From the human T2T-CHM13v2.0 reference genome, Homo sapiens: 64,000 bases of DNA. The position numbers were made by a program, and so were the translations under genes. Within the stretch, counting starts at the first letter, position 1, and each line of letters opens with the position of its first letter. Below are positions 1-13,086 of the stretch, piece by piece. The notes under the pieces are model-generated. The model saw only the letters and a list, made by a program, of their open reading frames with translations, ran no database searches and was not told where the DNA came from. The stretch lies in NCBI RefSeq assembly GCF_009914755.1, contig NC_060936.1; one strand, given 5' to 3'.

Positions 1-3000
1 GGCGTCATACATGCCTTGGGAAGATACCTGTAATCTCACATGTACAAGTGTAAGTGTGTATCTAGTCTCTGCCCTTGAGAGAAAGCCAAACAGCTCACCA
101 CCAGGATAACGCGCGAGGGCCAGCTGGGTTGCGGGTGGTCTAAGCTCCACGCAGAAAGGGAGAAGGGGGTGCCCCTTTCAGAAGGGACCATGTCCTCAAT
201 GAGAATCTTTTGTCTGGATGGCACCCCTGCATCTGTGAGTGCCCACCTTACACAATGGCCACGACTCTCAGCTTCTTCCTTCAAAGCTCAACACGCCCTC
301 CATCACACAGTGATCTGATTTGCCATAATAAAAAATATAAATACGTATTCAATAATACATAAAGAATAACAAAAATGCATTCTTTGTATAGAGACACACA
401 GGTAGAGGGTAGTTGATCAGGAGTAGACAGAAGGACCTCTTTTTCTTTAAACAGTCACCCTTTGTACATGATTGAGACAAGACCTGAGTGGTGGCTACAG
501 TAATGGACCAGACAGGCAGGAGAAAAGGAATGGGTGCTCCGACAACAGCAGGTTTTGGCCTTTGTCTGCTTAGTGGGAGGAGCTGGGTGAGGCTTCGTGG
601 TCCTTCCTGGGATTTGCTTTTTGCCTGTGGGAGGGACTTAAACAGTAAGGGCCACCCTGCATAGGCAGTCTTGGGTGCTGTTTCAGACAGGGGCTCCCAC
701 TGAGGTCGTGAGGACGACAAAGCTCGTGGGATTGCAGGCTCAGGGCCTCCAAGGGAGGACGCCTTCCTTCCTGGAATAAACAAGTGTATGGCCTTCTTCC
801 CCCACCCCTCCCCCAGCACACACACACCCACTCTCCCTGGTGGGAGTCTGCTTAGCTTTTCCATAATAAAAATAGTCCATACATGGTGTGTATTCTACAA
901 GACTGGTAGAACTGTATTCAAAATGAGTTGAGTACCAGGGGAAAACGCGCTCTCCATTGTCAAAAAGAAATGGTTGGTAGAGCTTTGATTTTTTTTTTTC
1001 CTTTAAAAAAAGCAGTAGCTACTTTCAAAGTCAGGAGAGGCAATTTTTTTTTTAACACAAAGAAAGAGCAACAGCAGGGTGTTCCCTTCCTCTGTCTGTG
1101 CCCTTTAAAATTCCAGCTTCAGGATATGCTATTAATTTTCTCCTTTCTTTTCTGGATGAGATTTCGAAAAATACCCATCCTGCTGTAAATCTCTGGGCGA
1201 ATTATTTTAGGATGGTTTGCTCTTTGGGATGTGGAATGGGCAGGAATTCCTTCACCCAGAGCTCCCTGAACCATCGGCCTCGCACCCTGTTCCCACCCCA
1301 AGAGTAACTGGTGACCACATGGCCCACGTCCTGCTGGTCCCCCAGCAAAGCAAATGAAAACCCATCAGGTCTGCCTGCCTCCATTGCCACATAATGCAGG
1401 GATGTGTCTCTGCGGTGACCCCAGGGCCAACAGTTATTGTGAGCGGGTCAAAGCGCTGAATATCAATAGACTCTTTCCTGAGCCCTGCAACCCACCCTCT
1501 GCCTGGAATGTAAGCTTCTGTCACACACGCTCACCTTTGCCCCAGCCATCTTCACGGCTTCTCACTTCAAAGGATGTTCTTCACGTGGAAAATGCTTTAT
1601 GGGAAAAAAATGGTCATAGCTACACAATTATTTTAGAAACTCCGCATTGTATTTTAACGGAGGGCAGATGCCCTGGCTAAAGTCTGCAGGGCTTTCAAGA
1701 TTAAGATCTAAATCCTGAGGTTTAGAAACAGGAACGTCAGAAGTACAATCATCCCAACTACGAGCCTATTCTTTGCTCCTTGAAATGGATTAAATTAAAG
1801 GACGAGTCTCATTTTGACAACTCACCTCACCATTGTCAAACAAAGGTAACACAGTCCCAGTGCTAATGAAGCAGTTTTTTTTTTGAAAGTGGAATTACAC
1901 TGATGATTATTTCATAACTCTTGGAGCCTTCAAACAACAGCTACTTTGAAACGTCGGCTGTGCCAGGCAAGAAGTCTGCTGACCTCGCAGTACCCGAATT
2001 TTGTTTCTGAATTCCACATCACAGCGCTGTCCTTGGCCAAGTACAACATGAAGATGCTACATGTTGGCCCAGCAGGAAGGGGCACAGAAGACAGGAGCTC
2101 TGAGAGCCGGCCAAGGTCCAGACGCAGAGAAAGCAGATGGTGTGGAATGAGCGGGCAGATTAGCCAGCCTGTGGGCTCGACCCCACTGCCAGCATTGCTT
2201 GAAGCTCAAGCACATCATCAAAGCATTTGGGAAAATGTCAGTACAATAGGAGAGTGACCTGAGAGCACACCTTGCAACACAGGACCCCACGACACGAAGG
2301 ACCTACTCGCGGTGACATGGGTACCCCCACTACTTGAAGGACCCACTTGCCACCTAAAAGGAAAAACCAGAGGGCGGCCTCCGAAGAGAATATTTGGTCT
2401 TGTTCTCTCGGCACAATGTGCATTTCTACAAAAATAGCATTGAAACGACTCTCCGATTGAGAGAAGTGGCTCGTTGTGAAACGTTCCCCGTTTGCACTCA
2501 CCGTTTCATGTGAAAGTGATCAGTCATTCTCCGTTAATCAGACAGCATATGGGAAGTGCTTAATTTCCATTTTCAAATGTCCATATATGTAGTGGAGGGC
2601 TTTAAAAGTTGAACCTTGTCACCTGAATAAAATTGTTCTATCTTTTGGAGAAGGGTCCTTATAAATACATCCCAGGAGTAAAACTGCACAAAACATGACT
2701 TTGGCAATTACATCCATCTTCTTTCCTGACTATTGTTATAATGCTTACTTTGGTTTGCTTGGAACAGAAAGAAATGGAACTGATTTTGAGGACAGTCTGA
2801 GCAAAGAATACCACAGCAGCCAGGCTGGTGTCTCAACTGGTCATCCCTGTGCCTTCCATCAGCTTGCTTTTCCTGGCCTGCAAACCTGTGGAGACTGGCT
2901 CTGTGCATTTCACACTCTAACTCCCAAAAAGAGAGAAGCAGGTTGGCTCCCTGCATTCTCCCAGCGTAGCAAAACCCGACTGGGCAACGTCAATCCCACT

Positions 3001-3273
3001 GCTGGCTGCTGGCCAGTCTCAGTCTTGGTGCTGATCCCGGATCCAAACAAGCCTGGGCAGGACATTGAAGGACAGAATTGATCTCTGTTCCTTTACAAGG
3101 CTTCTCTTAACTCCTAATCTCCCTCTGGGTTTGCCTCAGTCCTTCTGGTATGGAAGGTACCTTGCATGGAAGGCCCCAGGCAACTGGACGACAGTGTGGA
3201 ACATGCCTGGGAGAAAAGGACCACAGGGACGAGGGCACTCGCCTCCCTTCCATGCCAGCTCCTTGAAAGCCAG

Positions 3274-3700
3274 TGTTACCAAAACACGAGGGGCTGCGTC
3301 CAGGTCCTGCTGCTCACCACACAGAAAGCCAATCACTGAGATGATGAGTATTGCCAGGGAAGAAGGCTTTAATTGGGTGCTGCAGCCAAGGAGATGGGAG
3401 ATCAGTCTCAAGTCCATCTTCCTGACCAACTAATATTAGGGGTTTATGTAGCAGGGAAGAAATGAATCAGTGTGTAAGAAAACAGGAACCCAGGAGGGGC
3501 AAGGAAGCAATCATGATGAATGAGGGGTCCCGCATCTCATTTTCTGGATACAATGATCTGGGGAGTTTCAGTTCTTTGATATGTTTTTTGAGGGCCTGAA
3601 GGTCTTTCCTGAGGAAGAAGCTCAGATACAGTGAATGTAAGGTTCAAGCTTGAAGACCAGAAGGGTCACTTTCTATGTTTAACCGTGGGACTACTGGGTC
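3274..3700 (-). mobile_element. ERV1 solo LTR, MER57-like
   Basis: Begins TGTTACC..AACAC.AGGGG..GGTCCTGCTGCTCACCACACAGAAAGCCAATCACTGAG, matching the recalled MER57 reverse consensus; right end approximate. Confidence 0.7.
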
Positions 3701-3759
3701 GCCCATGTGTCCTGTATTCCCTTCTTCACCATTTCTTCCTCTCTGCTTTCTGTTCTACC

Positions 3760-4030
3760 TGGCTTCAGTCCCCAATAAAATTGCTTAAGATAATCAAGGA
3801 CCTCCTATTTCCAAATCCAAGGGACATCTCAGTCTCCTACATTCACGGAGCATTTCCCACAATCCCCACACCCTCTGGCAAACCCTCCTGGCACCTGCAA
3901 TGCTGCTGTTCTCACACTGCAACATCTCCTCTCAACTCTAAACCTTAGAGCTCCCAGGTCTTTTCCTGTCTCCTCTCTCTTCCCAGTCTATACCATCCCC
4001 AAATGGCAATGGCATGGTTATTCACTCTCA
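3760..4030 (+). mobile_element. L2 LINE fragment
   Basis: AAGGACCTCCTATTTCCAAATCCAAGGGACATCTCAGTC resembles the L2 consensus. Confidence 0.55.
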
Positions 4031-4573
4031 TAATTGTCCCATAAAAATAGAGACAAAAATAAAACTGAAAACTCATGACAAAAACCTACAACAAAACTGA
4101 TGACAAGGCATCCCCCAGGAACCTCAAAACACAAATGGGAAATACACATGGGAGGAGGGAGCAAACTACCCGAAGTCAGCATACCTGTGTGGAAACATCT
4201 CCTGTCAGGAGCAAGCAGAGAGCAGTGGCACCTGCCAGGCCTCAGTGTCTCAGCAGAACCAGCAGGTGTTTACTGGTAAGGCTGGAGCACTGGCCAAGTG
4301 AGAACAGAAGCTGAAGCTGGGAGAGACTTTGCTCCAAGAGCTGGGGAGTCAAGGGGCCCAAGCAAGTTCAGAAGGGAAAAGGATACTGGGCCCTACAGAC
4401 TCCCAAACTCACCAGACAGAACTTCCCACCAGGACAAACCTTTGCACTGGGAATCTAAACTGGGGAGAGGACACAAAGACAGGTAAAAGCATATTGTAAA
4501 ACAAGAGATAAGAAATCTCAGAAATAGGCCACCATGTCTTTAAGCATAACACGAAAAAATAGAAGAGGGAGGT

Positions 4574-4959
4574 TGTATTAGTCTGTTTTCACACTGCCAT
4601 AAAGAACTGCCCTAGACTGGGTAATTTATGAAGGAAAGAGGTTTAATTGGCTCACAGTTCCGCATGGCTGGGGAGGCCCCAGGAAACTTAGAATCATGGT
4701 GTAAGGTGAAGGCGAAGCAAGGTACTTTCTTCACAAGGTGACAAGAAGGATAAATGTTGAGCAAAGGGGAAAGAGCCCCTAATGAAACCATTAGCTCTCG
4801 TGAGAACCCACTCACTACCACAGGAACAGCATGAAGGAATCTGCCCCCATGATTCAATCACCTTCACCTGGTCTCTACCTTGACATAAGAATGATGGGGA
4901 CTATGGGGATTATAATTCAAGATGAGATTTTGGTGGGGACACAAAGCCTAACTATATGA
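4574..4959 (-). mobile_element. THE1D/THE1C MaLR solo LTR
   Basis: TGTATTAGTCTGTTTTCACACTGC...GGGGACACAAAGCCTAACTATATGA; 5-bp TSD GAGGT at 4569-4573 and 4960-4964. Confidence 0.9.
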
Positions 4960-6583
4960 GAGGTCTGTAATGTGGACCTCAGAAGATGAGCTTGGAAACA
5001 TGCCTCCTTATCCAATTCTAGAAAAACCAACTCCATGTGAGATAAACGACAGAAGCAACTGAGATATAAACCCATACACATAATCACATAAAATAAGCTA
5101 GAAGCAGAAAAACATACCTACAGAGAGGGAGAGCACACCAGAAAAACATATGCATCGATCAGAAGAAAATGTTGCTCTTTTTTTTTTTTTAAAAAGTGCA
5201 AGATGAAAAAGAAAAATATAACTCAGAATTAGAAAAAGTCAGAAATGAGATGATATAATTCAGGAAAGAATTATAAATAAAAGACTTTTCTTTCAGTAAT
5301 GAAAAGTAAACTAAAAGAAAAACAAGAGTGAATAAACACAACAGAATCTTTTAATAGTTACAGAAGTTGAAAAGGAGGACATTTTGAAAACTAAAAAGAA
5401 ATGAATAAGTGTGAAAAAGATTTTAGAGAAGTGACAAATTTAGAAGATAAGGCAATGCAGATCCCGTAAACCTAAAATCTAAGTATCTAAAGAAGAAAAT
5501 CCAAGCAAGGGAAAAGCATAAACACTAACATTCAATAAAAACTTTCCTGAGATAAAAAAAAACTGATCTCTGTATTAATAGGGTATATCACATACCTAAG
5601 TAATTTGCCCCCAAACAACTAACAATGAGAAATGGTCAATAAAAGTACTTATTTTCAAAAGAAGGATAAAATATTTTAAGAATAAAATCAAAATTATGAT
5701 GTCACTTAAAAAAGAAAATTAAATTGTCATAAAATTTTCAATGCCAGCATTTCTAATTCAAAAAAAAAGAAAATGTTGCCAGGGATTTTATACCCAGCGC
5801 AACTGACTTTTGAGAATCAAGGTTGCCGTCACCTGTGAGAACTCAGGCAGTATTGCTTTCAAGAGTCCTTCTTGAGAATCTATCATAGAATGAGCTTAGA
5901 CAACAAAAATGACCAGAGAGCTGTGGACATAAGAACTAATAGTGTGCTCTAAACATGAAGTTATTTGTAGATAAGTCTAATTCAGTGCCATAGTAAGGAA
6001 AGTTTGGTGTGGAATCACTGTGTGCCCTGACAAGGGAAATAGAGGAAGACTACCTGCAAAAGGAAAGCTGGTGGGGAAACATCTGCACACGTTTTGTTTT
6101 GTTTTGATTTCTTACTATTTTCAGTGGAAGTAGTATTGGTATTGTTATTCTGAGACAGCTATGTGTGTGGTGGTGGAATGCAGCAAATGAATAATTATAT
6201 GAAGCTGCTTTATCTAGGATTCTATCAAGCTCTGTGGTCTTGAGAACCAGGATTGCTAGCATGGAAAACCACCCAAACTAGTATAAAACAGGAAATATCA
6301 AGTTGAAAAACTTGTAGGGCCCAAGTGAAACTGGAAGGAACAGTATGAACCTGGGAGATTTTTTTTTGTTACAGCTTTAGATATGGAAACATATATTGTT
6401 TAGCTCTGTCCCCTGAAAAGGCCTAGAATTCACAAGAGACAAACAGATATGGGCAATGCCAGCCTCCATACTGTGATCTTGAAATCTGTTCCCCAACTAA
6501 AATGAACAAACAAAGACAAATAAACAAAATGGGACTTTACTGAGAAATGGCTGATCCTAGATCTGAGTGGAAAGATACAGGAG

Positions 6584-6609
6584 ATCTATCTATCTATCTA
6601 TCTATCTAT
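6584..6609. repeat. (ATCT)n microsatellite, about 6 units
   Basis: Seen directly. Confidence 0.9.
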
Positions 6610-6759
6610 GATATATAATAGATATAGGATGAGCCTGGAGCCTCCTGTCATGCCATATAACTATGTTATCAAAGATTTACAGAGTGAAGAAGAGACTCTC
6701 TAGAGCCAACGGAAAGAGGATCCCATTGTGCAAAGTTGAGAAAATCAGATCAAGAATAA

Positions 6760-7493
6760 TGCTACAGTTTGGATATTTGTCCCCTCCAAATCTCCTGTTG
6801 AAAGGTAATTCCCAATGTTGGAGGTCAGGCCTGGAAGGAGGTGTTTGGTTCATGGGGAAAGATAGCTCATGAATGTCTTGGTGCCATCCCCTTGGTGATG
6901 ATGAGCAAGTTCTCACTCCATTAGTTCACAAAAGATCCGTTTGTTTAAAAGAACCTGGTGGCTGGGCACAGTGGCTCATGCCTGTAATCCTAGCCCTGTG
7001 AGATGCCAAGGCAGAAGGATCACTGGAGCTCAGGAGTTCATGTCCAGCCTGGGCAATATAGTGAGACCGCCATCTCTACAAAAAATATAATTAGCTGGGA
7101 ATGGTGGCACATGCCTGTAGTCCCAGTTATTTGGGTGGCCAAGGTGGAAGAATCATCTGAGCCCAGGAGTTGAAGGCTGCACTGAGCCGTGATCATGCCA
7201 CTGTACTCCAGCCTGGGCAACAGAGGCTCTGTCTCAAACAAAAATATAAAAGATCCTGGCACCTCCCCTCCCCTTGCTCTTTCTGTCTCACCCTGTGACA
7301 CACCTGCTGTCCTTTCACCTTCCACCATGATTGAATCTCCCTGCGGCCCTCACTAGAAGCAGATGCCAGCACCATGCTTCCTGTATAGCCTGCAGAACCA
7401 TGAGCCAAATAAACTTCTCTCTCTCTTTTTTTTTTTTTAATAAATTACAGTCTCAGGCATTCCTTTATATCAATGCAAGAACAGACTGCCACA
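6760..7493 (+). mobile_element. MSTB MaLR solo LTR split by an AluJ
   Basis: TGCTACAGTTTGGATATTTGTCCCCTCCAAATCTC start; CAGAACCATGAGCCAAATAAAC near the end. Confidence 0.85.
6960..7250 (+). mobile_element. AluJ
   Basis: Diverged dimeric Alu; degenerate TSD AAAGAACCTGG/AAAGATCCTGG. Confidence 0.9.
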
Positions 7494-8650
7494 AACAGCA
7501 ACAGCAATGAGTGAAAACACATGGAACATGTTAAACCCACAAGCTCATGATGTTGCTGCAAAAATGGAATTGATGGCCTTTGAATGTTAAACTCACTCAT
7601 TATTTCAAAAATTGGTAGCAAAAGAGAAATAACTGTACTATATGAACTGTCCGATATGAACTGTATCACTACAAAATCAAATAAAACATTAAAGAAATGG
7701 CCTTTTTATGAAATTATTCCAGCTAGTAAGGAACATATGGTAGAATTACAGTGTCATCATTTCACTACTTCTAGGAAGATCTTGGTTCTAAGCACTGAGG
7801 ACCCATGACTGCTAACATCATAAAAAGGGAGACAATGGATCACCATGTGCTTCCTGGTGGGTAAACACCACACCACCTAAGAAACTGCCCCCCTAAATCT
7901 GATTGAATATATCAGTCCAACTCCCAGTTTACAGGAAAGATGAGGAACAGAGGAACAGGTTAAACTACACCATGGGGATGCTTTCAGTAGAATCCTAACC
8001 ACGGGACCTCAGCATGTCAAACAGCCTGGTATCTTCAACAAATAAATTATGCATAAAAGAAAAAAGAGACAAAAGCAATGTCAATTAAAAGAGACTTACG
8101 AGACATGCTAAAGTGGACAGAACCAAACTACAGTGCTTAGAATGCACACTTGAGTGATGAAACTCTAAAGGAAAACCAGGGATTGATTATGAAGAAATAA
8201 GAGTGGCGGTGACTTCCAAAGTGGAGTGCAGGGTGGTGCCTGGAACAGCATCTGGGAGTGGGGAGCGGCGAGGGGCTGACAATGTCCTAATTCTTGACTT
8301 GGATGGCAGCTATGAAAGTTTTGGTTATATTATTTCACTAGGCAGTACACTTTCTTAATGCAATTTTCTGTATCTGTACTATACTATATACTGTCCTATA
8401 TATAATAAAGAGTATCAAAATATATATTACTATGAAAAAAATTCCATACAAGTGAACACATTTACATTTATTCCACAAACTTTAGAGCTGTGCTTTTTAA
8501 AAAAGCCCGTGACTCCCTACTGCGTATCATTAGATGATGCCCTTGGAATGAATGTAAAAATAGACAGCTTTGCAAGTGAGGATGATAAAAAGGAAATCTA
8601 AGTAATGTAGAATGAATAGAGCTCTAAATTTTGAAGCGAGGAAAGGTAAG

Positions 8651-8848
8651 GGGTGTGTATGTGTGTGTGTGCGTGCGTATGCATGCATGCATATGTGTGT
8701 GGGATGTGTGTGCATGTAAGCATGTGCATATATGTGCACGTGTGGGGTGTGTGTTCATATGTGAATTCATATGTGAACATGTGTGAATGCATATGTGAAC
8801 ATGCATGTCTGCCAGTAAGAGTGCACATGTGTGTGTATGCATGTGTAT
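8651..8848. repeat. Degenerate (TG/CA/TA)n alternating purine-pyrimidine tract
   Basis: About 200 bp of GTGT/GCAT/ATAT units. Confidence 0.85.
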
Positions 8849-9194
8849 AATAATTCCAGCTAAAGCCCACACAGCAGGAGGGGACAATTAACCACTGTGC
8901 TACATATATTTCCACAGTCTCAAGACTATTTATTTATTTAAGGTGCTTTGTCTTGATCACATGAGCATATGTGATGAGCCCGGTTTCCTGGTGCACAGGG
9001 AAAGAACTGTTAATATGAAACACAAGTGTAAAATTTACACAGCTTCATGTACCAAAAGAAGAACCCTTTATTTAAATCAATATATAAACAGCTTTGGGAA
9101 TAGTAGTATAACTGGAAACACAATCTGTAGATGTAAATAAATGAGGCTGAATAAATGCTGTGAATGTTAACTGGGGCATTTCCAGTAATATCTA

Positions 9195-9580
<386 letters not shown>

Positions 9581-9809
9581 GTCTGATGCATGTTTCCAAA
9601 ACAAAAGAAAAGCTGGAGGGTGAAGAAATTGCCACTGGGAGTAGTGTAGGGGTTGCTGCCATAGTTCAGGCAGAGGAAGACCCAGCTCTGAGAGCTCAAA
9701 GAGATGGGACAGGACAACCGGTTATGGAAGGGTAGGAAGGGCAGGTGGAAGGAAGTCATTGACATGGAGAATGACATCCGGACCAGAGCCAGGTGTGTGT
9801 GAGGGCGCC

Positions 9810-10330
9810 ACAGTGAGTTTAATTTTAGATATGTTTCATCGCAGCTGCTTGAAGGTGAGTAGGCAGTGTGTCAGGGAGCCCTTGGGAAATGAGGCACCAG
9901 CTCAGGGGACAGGTCTGGGGGAGCACCAGAGTTAGAGCTCAGAGTGTGGTAGGAGCCATGGGAGAGGAGGTCTGTCAGGGAAGGAGGGGCTGACCCAGAA
10001 GGGGACTCAGGGCAACAACATCTGGGTCAGGAGAAAGCAGAGAAGGGAGGAGTCCTCCATGCACAGAAATCCAGGAAGGAGGAATTTCTGGAGGAGAGTG
10101 GGCAACAGTGTGACACGCTCCTAGGACATCAAACAGGATAGGAGGGGCAGTTAGCCCAGCCATTTGACCATGGACGGTCCAAGGTGACTTTTTAGACATA
10201 AGTTCCATTAGAGAACGTTGGGGATTTGAGACACAGACTGGTTGCAGGTTTGGGGGGCGGGGTGGGGGAAAGGGCGCTTGGGCCACCTGGTAGGAGGGTA
10301 GTCATAGCTTGAGAAACCTTGGAGGGAAGG
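9810..10330 (-). mobile_element. L2 fragment
   Basis: GAGTTTTAATTTTAGATATGTT..AGCTCAGGGGACAGGTCTGG resembles reverse L2. Confidence 0.55.
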
Positions 10331-11085
10331 GCAGTGAAGGGGGTGGGGGGCATTCGGCTCCTACAGAGAAGTCCTGGCTGCAAGAATTAAGAGGAAGGAA
10401 TGAATACCAAGCGTCCAGTAGAGGTGACTCTTTGGGAAGGAAGAAGGATTTTGTTCCAAAGAAGAGATGGGGATCACTGTGGATTTTGTTTATAATCAGA
10501 GAGTGTGGATGTTGGGGGCATTTTGGCTTATGTTCTTTATTTTTTCTTGTGGAGGAGAGAGCAGAAATCTTGGATTTAATGGGTGGGAAATTTGTACAAA
10601 TCCGGAGCAGCCACCCAGAAACATATAGAGAAGTTTTGCCGTGTGAATTCATCTTCAGGATAAGCCATGTGTGTTCTTGCTTAGAAGATGACGATGGATA
10701 TTATGGCCCTGGGGGCCTTTCACCTCCAGATTTGGGAAAATGCCTTTTAAGAACTCTTTGGAGAAAACAGGCTTAAAGAAGATGGGCTGGCACCATGAGG
10801 GCTTCTCACCCTAGGGGCAGTCGGTGCTTTATAGACATAACTACAAATTCCACCTCTGAAAATATGCCAGCACTGAACTCAGGGAGAGGAAAAGGCATTT
10901 GTTGACAGAGCTGATTGTTAGACACTTTAATTTGGAAAATATTTTGGAGTAGGGATTTCCTTTCAGGTCCCCTAAGAGGTAACAGAAACAGATCTGAAAC
11001 ATCTCCCCTATGTTCTGGAACAAGGCTAAAATGCTTTCATCATTAATTGGATTGTGGTTGGGTTAACAAAGAATGCGTTGCAGCT

Positions 11086-11135
<50 letters not shown>

Positions 11136-11165
11136 CATGTGTGTGTGGTGTGTGTGTGCATGCAC
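11086..11165. repeat. (CT)n(GT)n compound microsatellite
   Basis: Seen directly. Confidence 0.95.
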
Positions 11166-12699
11166 ACATGTACTTCTTTCTCTCTTTTCTCTGGATAAAG
11201 CATATGGCCCGACTTTATTATTCATTAAACATCTTGCCTTCTCCATTAACTTTGCTCATAAAACGTTTTTAAGATTCTGACATGAGAAGGACACACACAT
11301 TTCTGCACGGCCTCCCCACCTGCACTGGTTTTGTGGTCTGGGGATCCCGGCTTCCTTTCTGTTAAGCCTATTTGGGATGCTCTTCCTTCTTTTAACCCTG
11401 TGCATCTTTGCAACTAGAAAAGGGTGCAGCATTCCAACCTGAATTCAACTCAGCTGCAGATTTCAGTGTCTAACAGCTCCTGGGAGGACACGAAACAGAC
11501 TCAGTATTTCTACAAAAAGGAGAGAGGGTGAGAAATTGGACCAACGAGAAAGAGAAAGGGCCACCGAGCTGCATGGAGGAGGAAAGTGAGAGAAGCAACC
11601 GGCAATTTCGCAGTCAGAAAGCTCCCTGGCCTTGACCCTTCACCACTGAAAGGCGAGCGGGTTTTATGCCGGAGACACTCACTGCCTTCCTGGAAAATCT
11701 AAATAGGGCAGGTGATGGAGGTGGTGGAAACACAGTCCAGATGGAGATGGGCCCTTTCAGTTCTGAGCATCAAGCAGAAATGCCCATGCAGACGGGTGAC
11801 AGCCACCTGTGAAAATGCCTCGCTGATTAAAATCAGTCTCTGGAGGAACCCCAAAGGACAAGGATCCATTTTGCAGGTCTCATTCGTAGCAAAACGGAAC
11901 TGTTAGGAACTCAGGATTCTCCTCTTCTGTGCCTCTGGTCTGGCCTGATTTCATGTTTCCTCTGCACTAAACCTTTCTCTCCATACAGATCATGTTCTGT
12001 AGCGGACACAGGGAGTGGCTAGAAAGGAGAAGTGAAAAATCCAGGAGCTCTTGTATAAAAACATGGGATCACACGAGGGAATTTAGATGGTTTGGCTTCT
12101 TTTTCTCAAAGAGGAGAGAAAGCAGCTTGTCACCATTCAAATTCAGTCTGTTTGGAGGAGTTGTTAAGACTTCCGGAGATTACCTGGCCTCATCGCACCT
12201 GCGTCATTGGGACGCTCTCAGATCCATATTTCCAAAGGAGTCCCCACCAGTAGAATCAGTGGATTCTGACTTCTCTCCTAGATTCCAGAAGGAGCCTGAT
12301 TTCCTAGTGAAGGGGGTTTGTGGTTTCAGCCGGGCCTTCCAGTGAACCTGGGCATTAACCCACTGCAGACATGGTGGGCACCATGGTGTGGGAGAAAGAC
12401 CACCTCACAATCCTTGACGCCCTCCCCTCCTCCTGGATGAGGAGACAGAAGGTCAGCATCAGATGATACACAGGGGCCTTGGGATGGATCTCCTGGGAGA
12501 GGAGAATGCCCAGCACTTATTCCCAGAAGACACACCATGCCTGATGTCTACTTTCACCAACTCCTGGTAACCATGGATGATAGGACAGCATTTATTTTAT
12601 TAATTAAACCATAAACAAACTCCACCCTTCCCATGAGCCGCAGATGGATGGCGCTGCCTCTGGAGCAGTCTCCCAGGGTATCTGGAGAACCGAGTCATT

Positions 12700-12880
12700 T
12701 CTCCCATTTCTTTCTTGACACTCCAAGAATCCTCCAACACTTCCATTAGTGCCTGGATGCTAATCTCTCTGGCCTACTCAAGGACTCCCTCCCACCATTC
12801 TCCTCTCTCTCTCACCCATCTTTCCCTTTTTTCTCCATCTTTCCCATCAGCCTTCAGATGTGTTCTTAGGCAATCTTAAA
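12700..12880 (+). mobile_element. L2a segment 1 (continues at 16020)
   Basis: GCCTACTCAAGGAC..TTCCCATCAGC matches L2. Confidence 0.7.
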
Positions 12881-13086
12881 AAAATAAAAATAATGGGACC
12901 TAATTAAAGAGCTTCTGCACAGCAAAAGAAACTACCAACAGAGTAAACAGGCAACTTACAGAATGGGAGAGAATATTTGCAAACTATGCGTCCGATTAAG
13001 GTCTAATATCCAGAACCCATAGGAACAAACAACAAGCAAAAACAACCCCATTAAAAGGTGGGTAAAGGACATGAACAGACACTTTT

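Larger units (their letters stand above)
4050..8420 (+). mobile_element. Ancient L1 (HAL1/L1MC4-L1MC5-type) remnant interrupted by THE1D, MSTB and Alu
   Basis: A-rich ORF1-like decay at 5000-5900; L1MC 3'UTR hallmarks GAGAACCAGGATT, GAGAAATGGCTGAT, GATGAGCCTGGAGC; boundaries approximate. Confidence 0.6.

Noticed and set aside
11960-12345. Good + strand acceptor (CCTTTCTCTCCATACAG|) followed by a 117-aa ORF
   Set aside because: No convincing donor and no recognisable protein similarity
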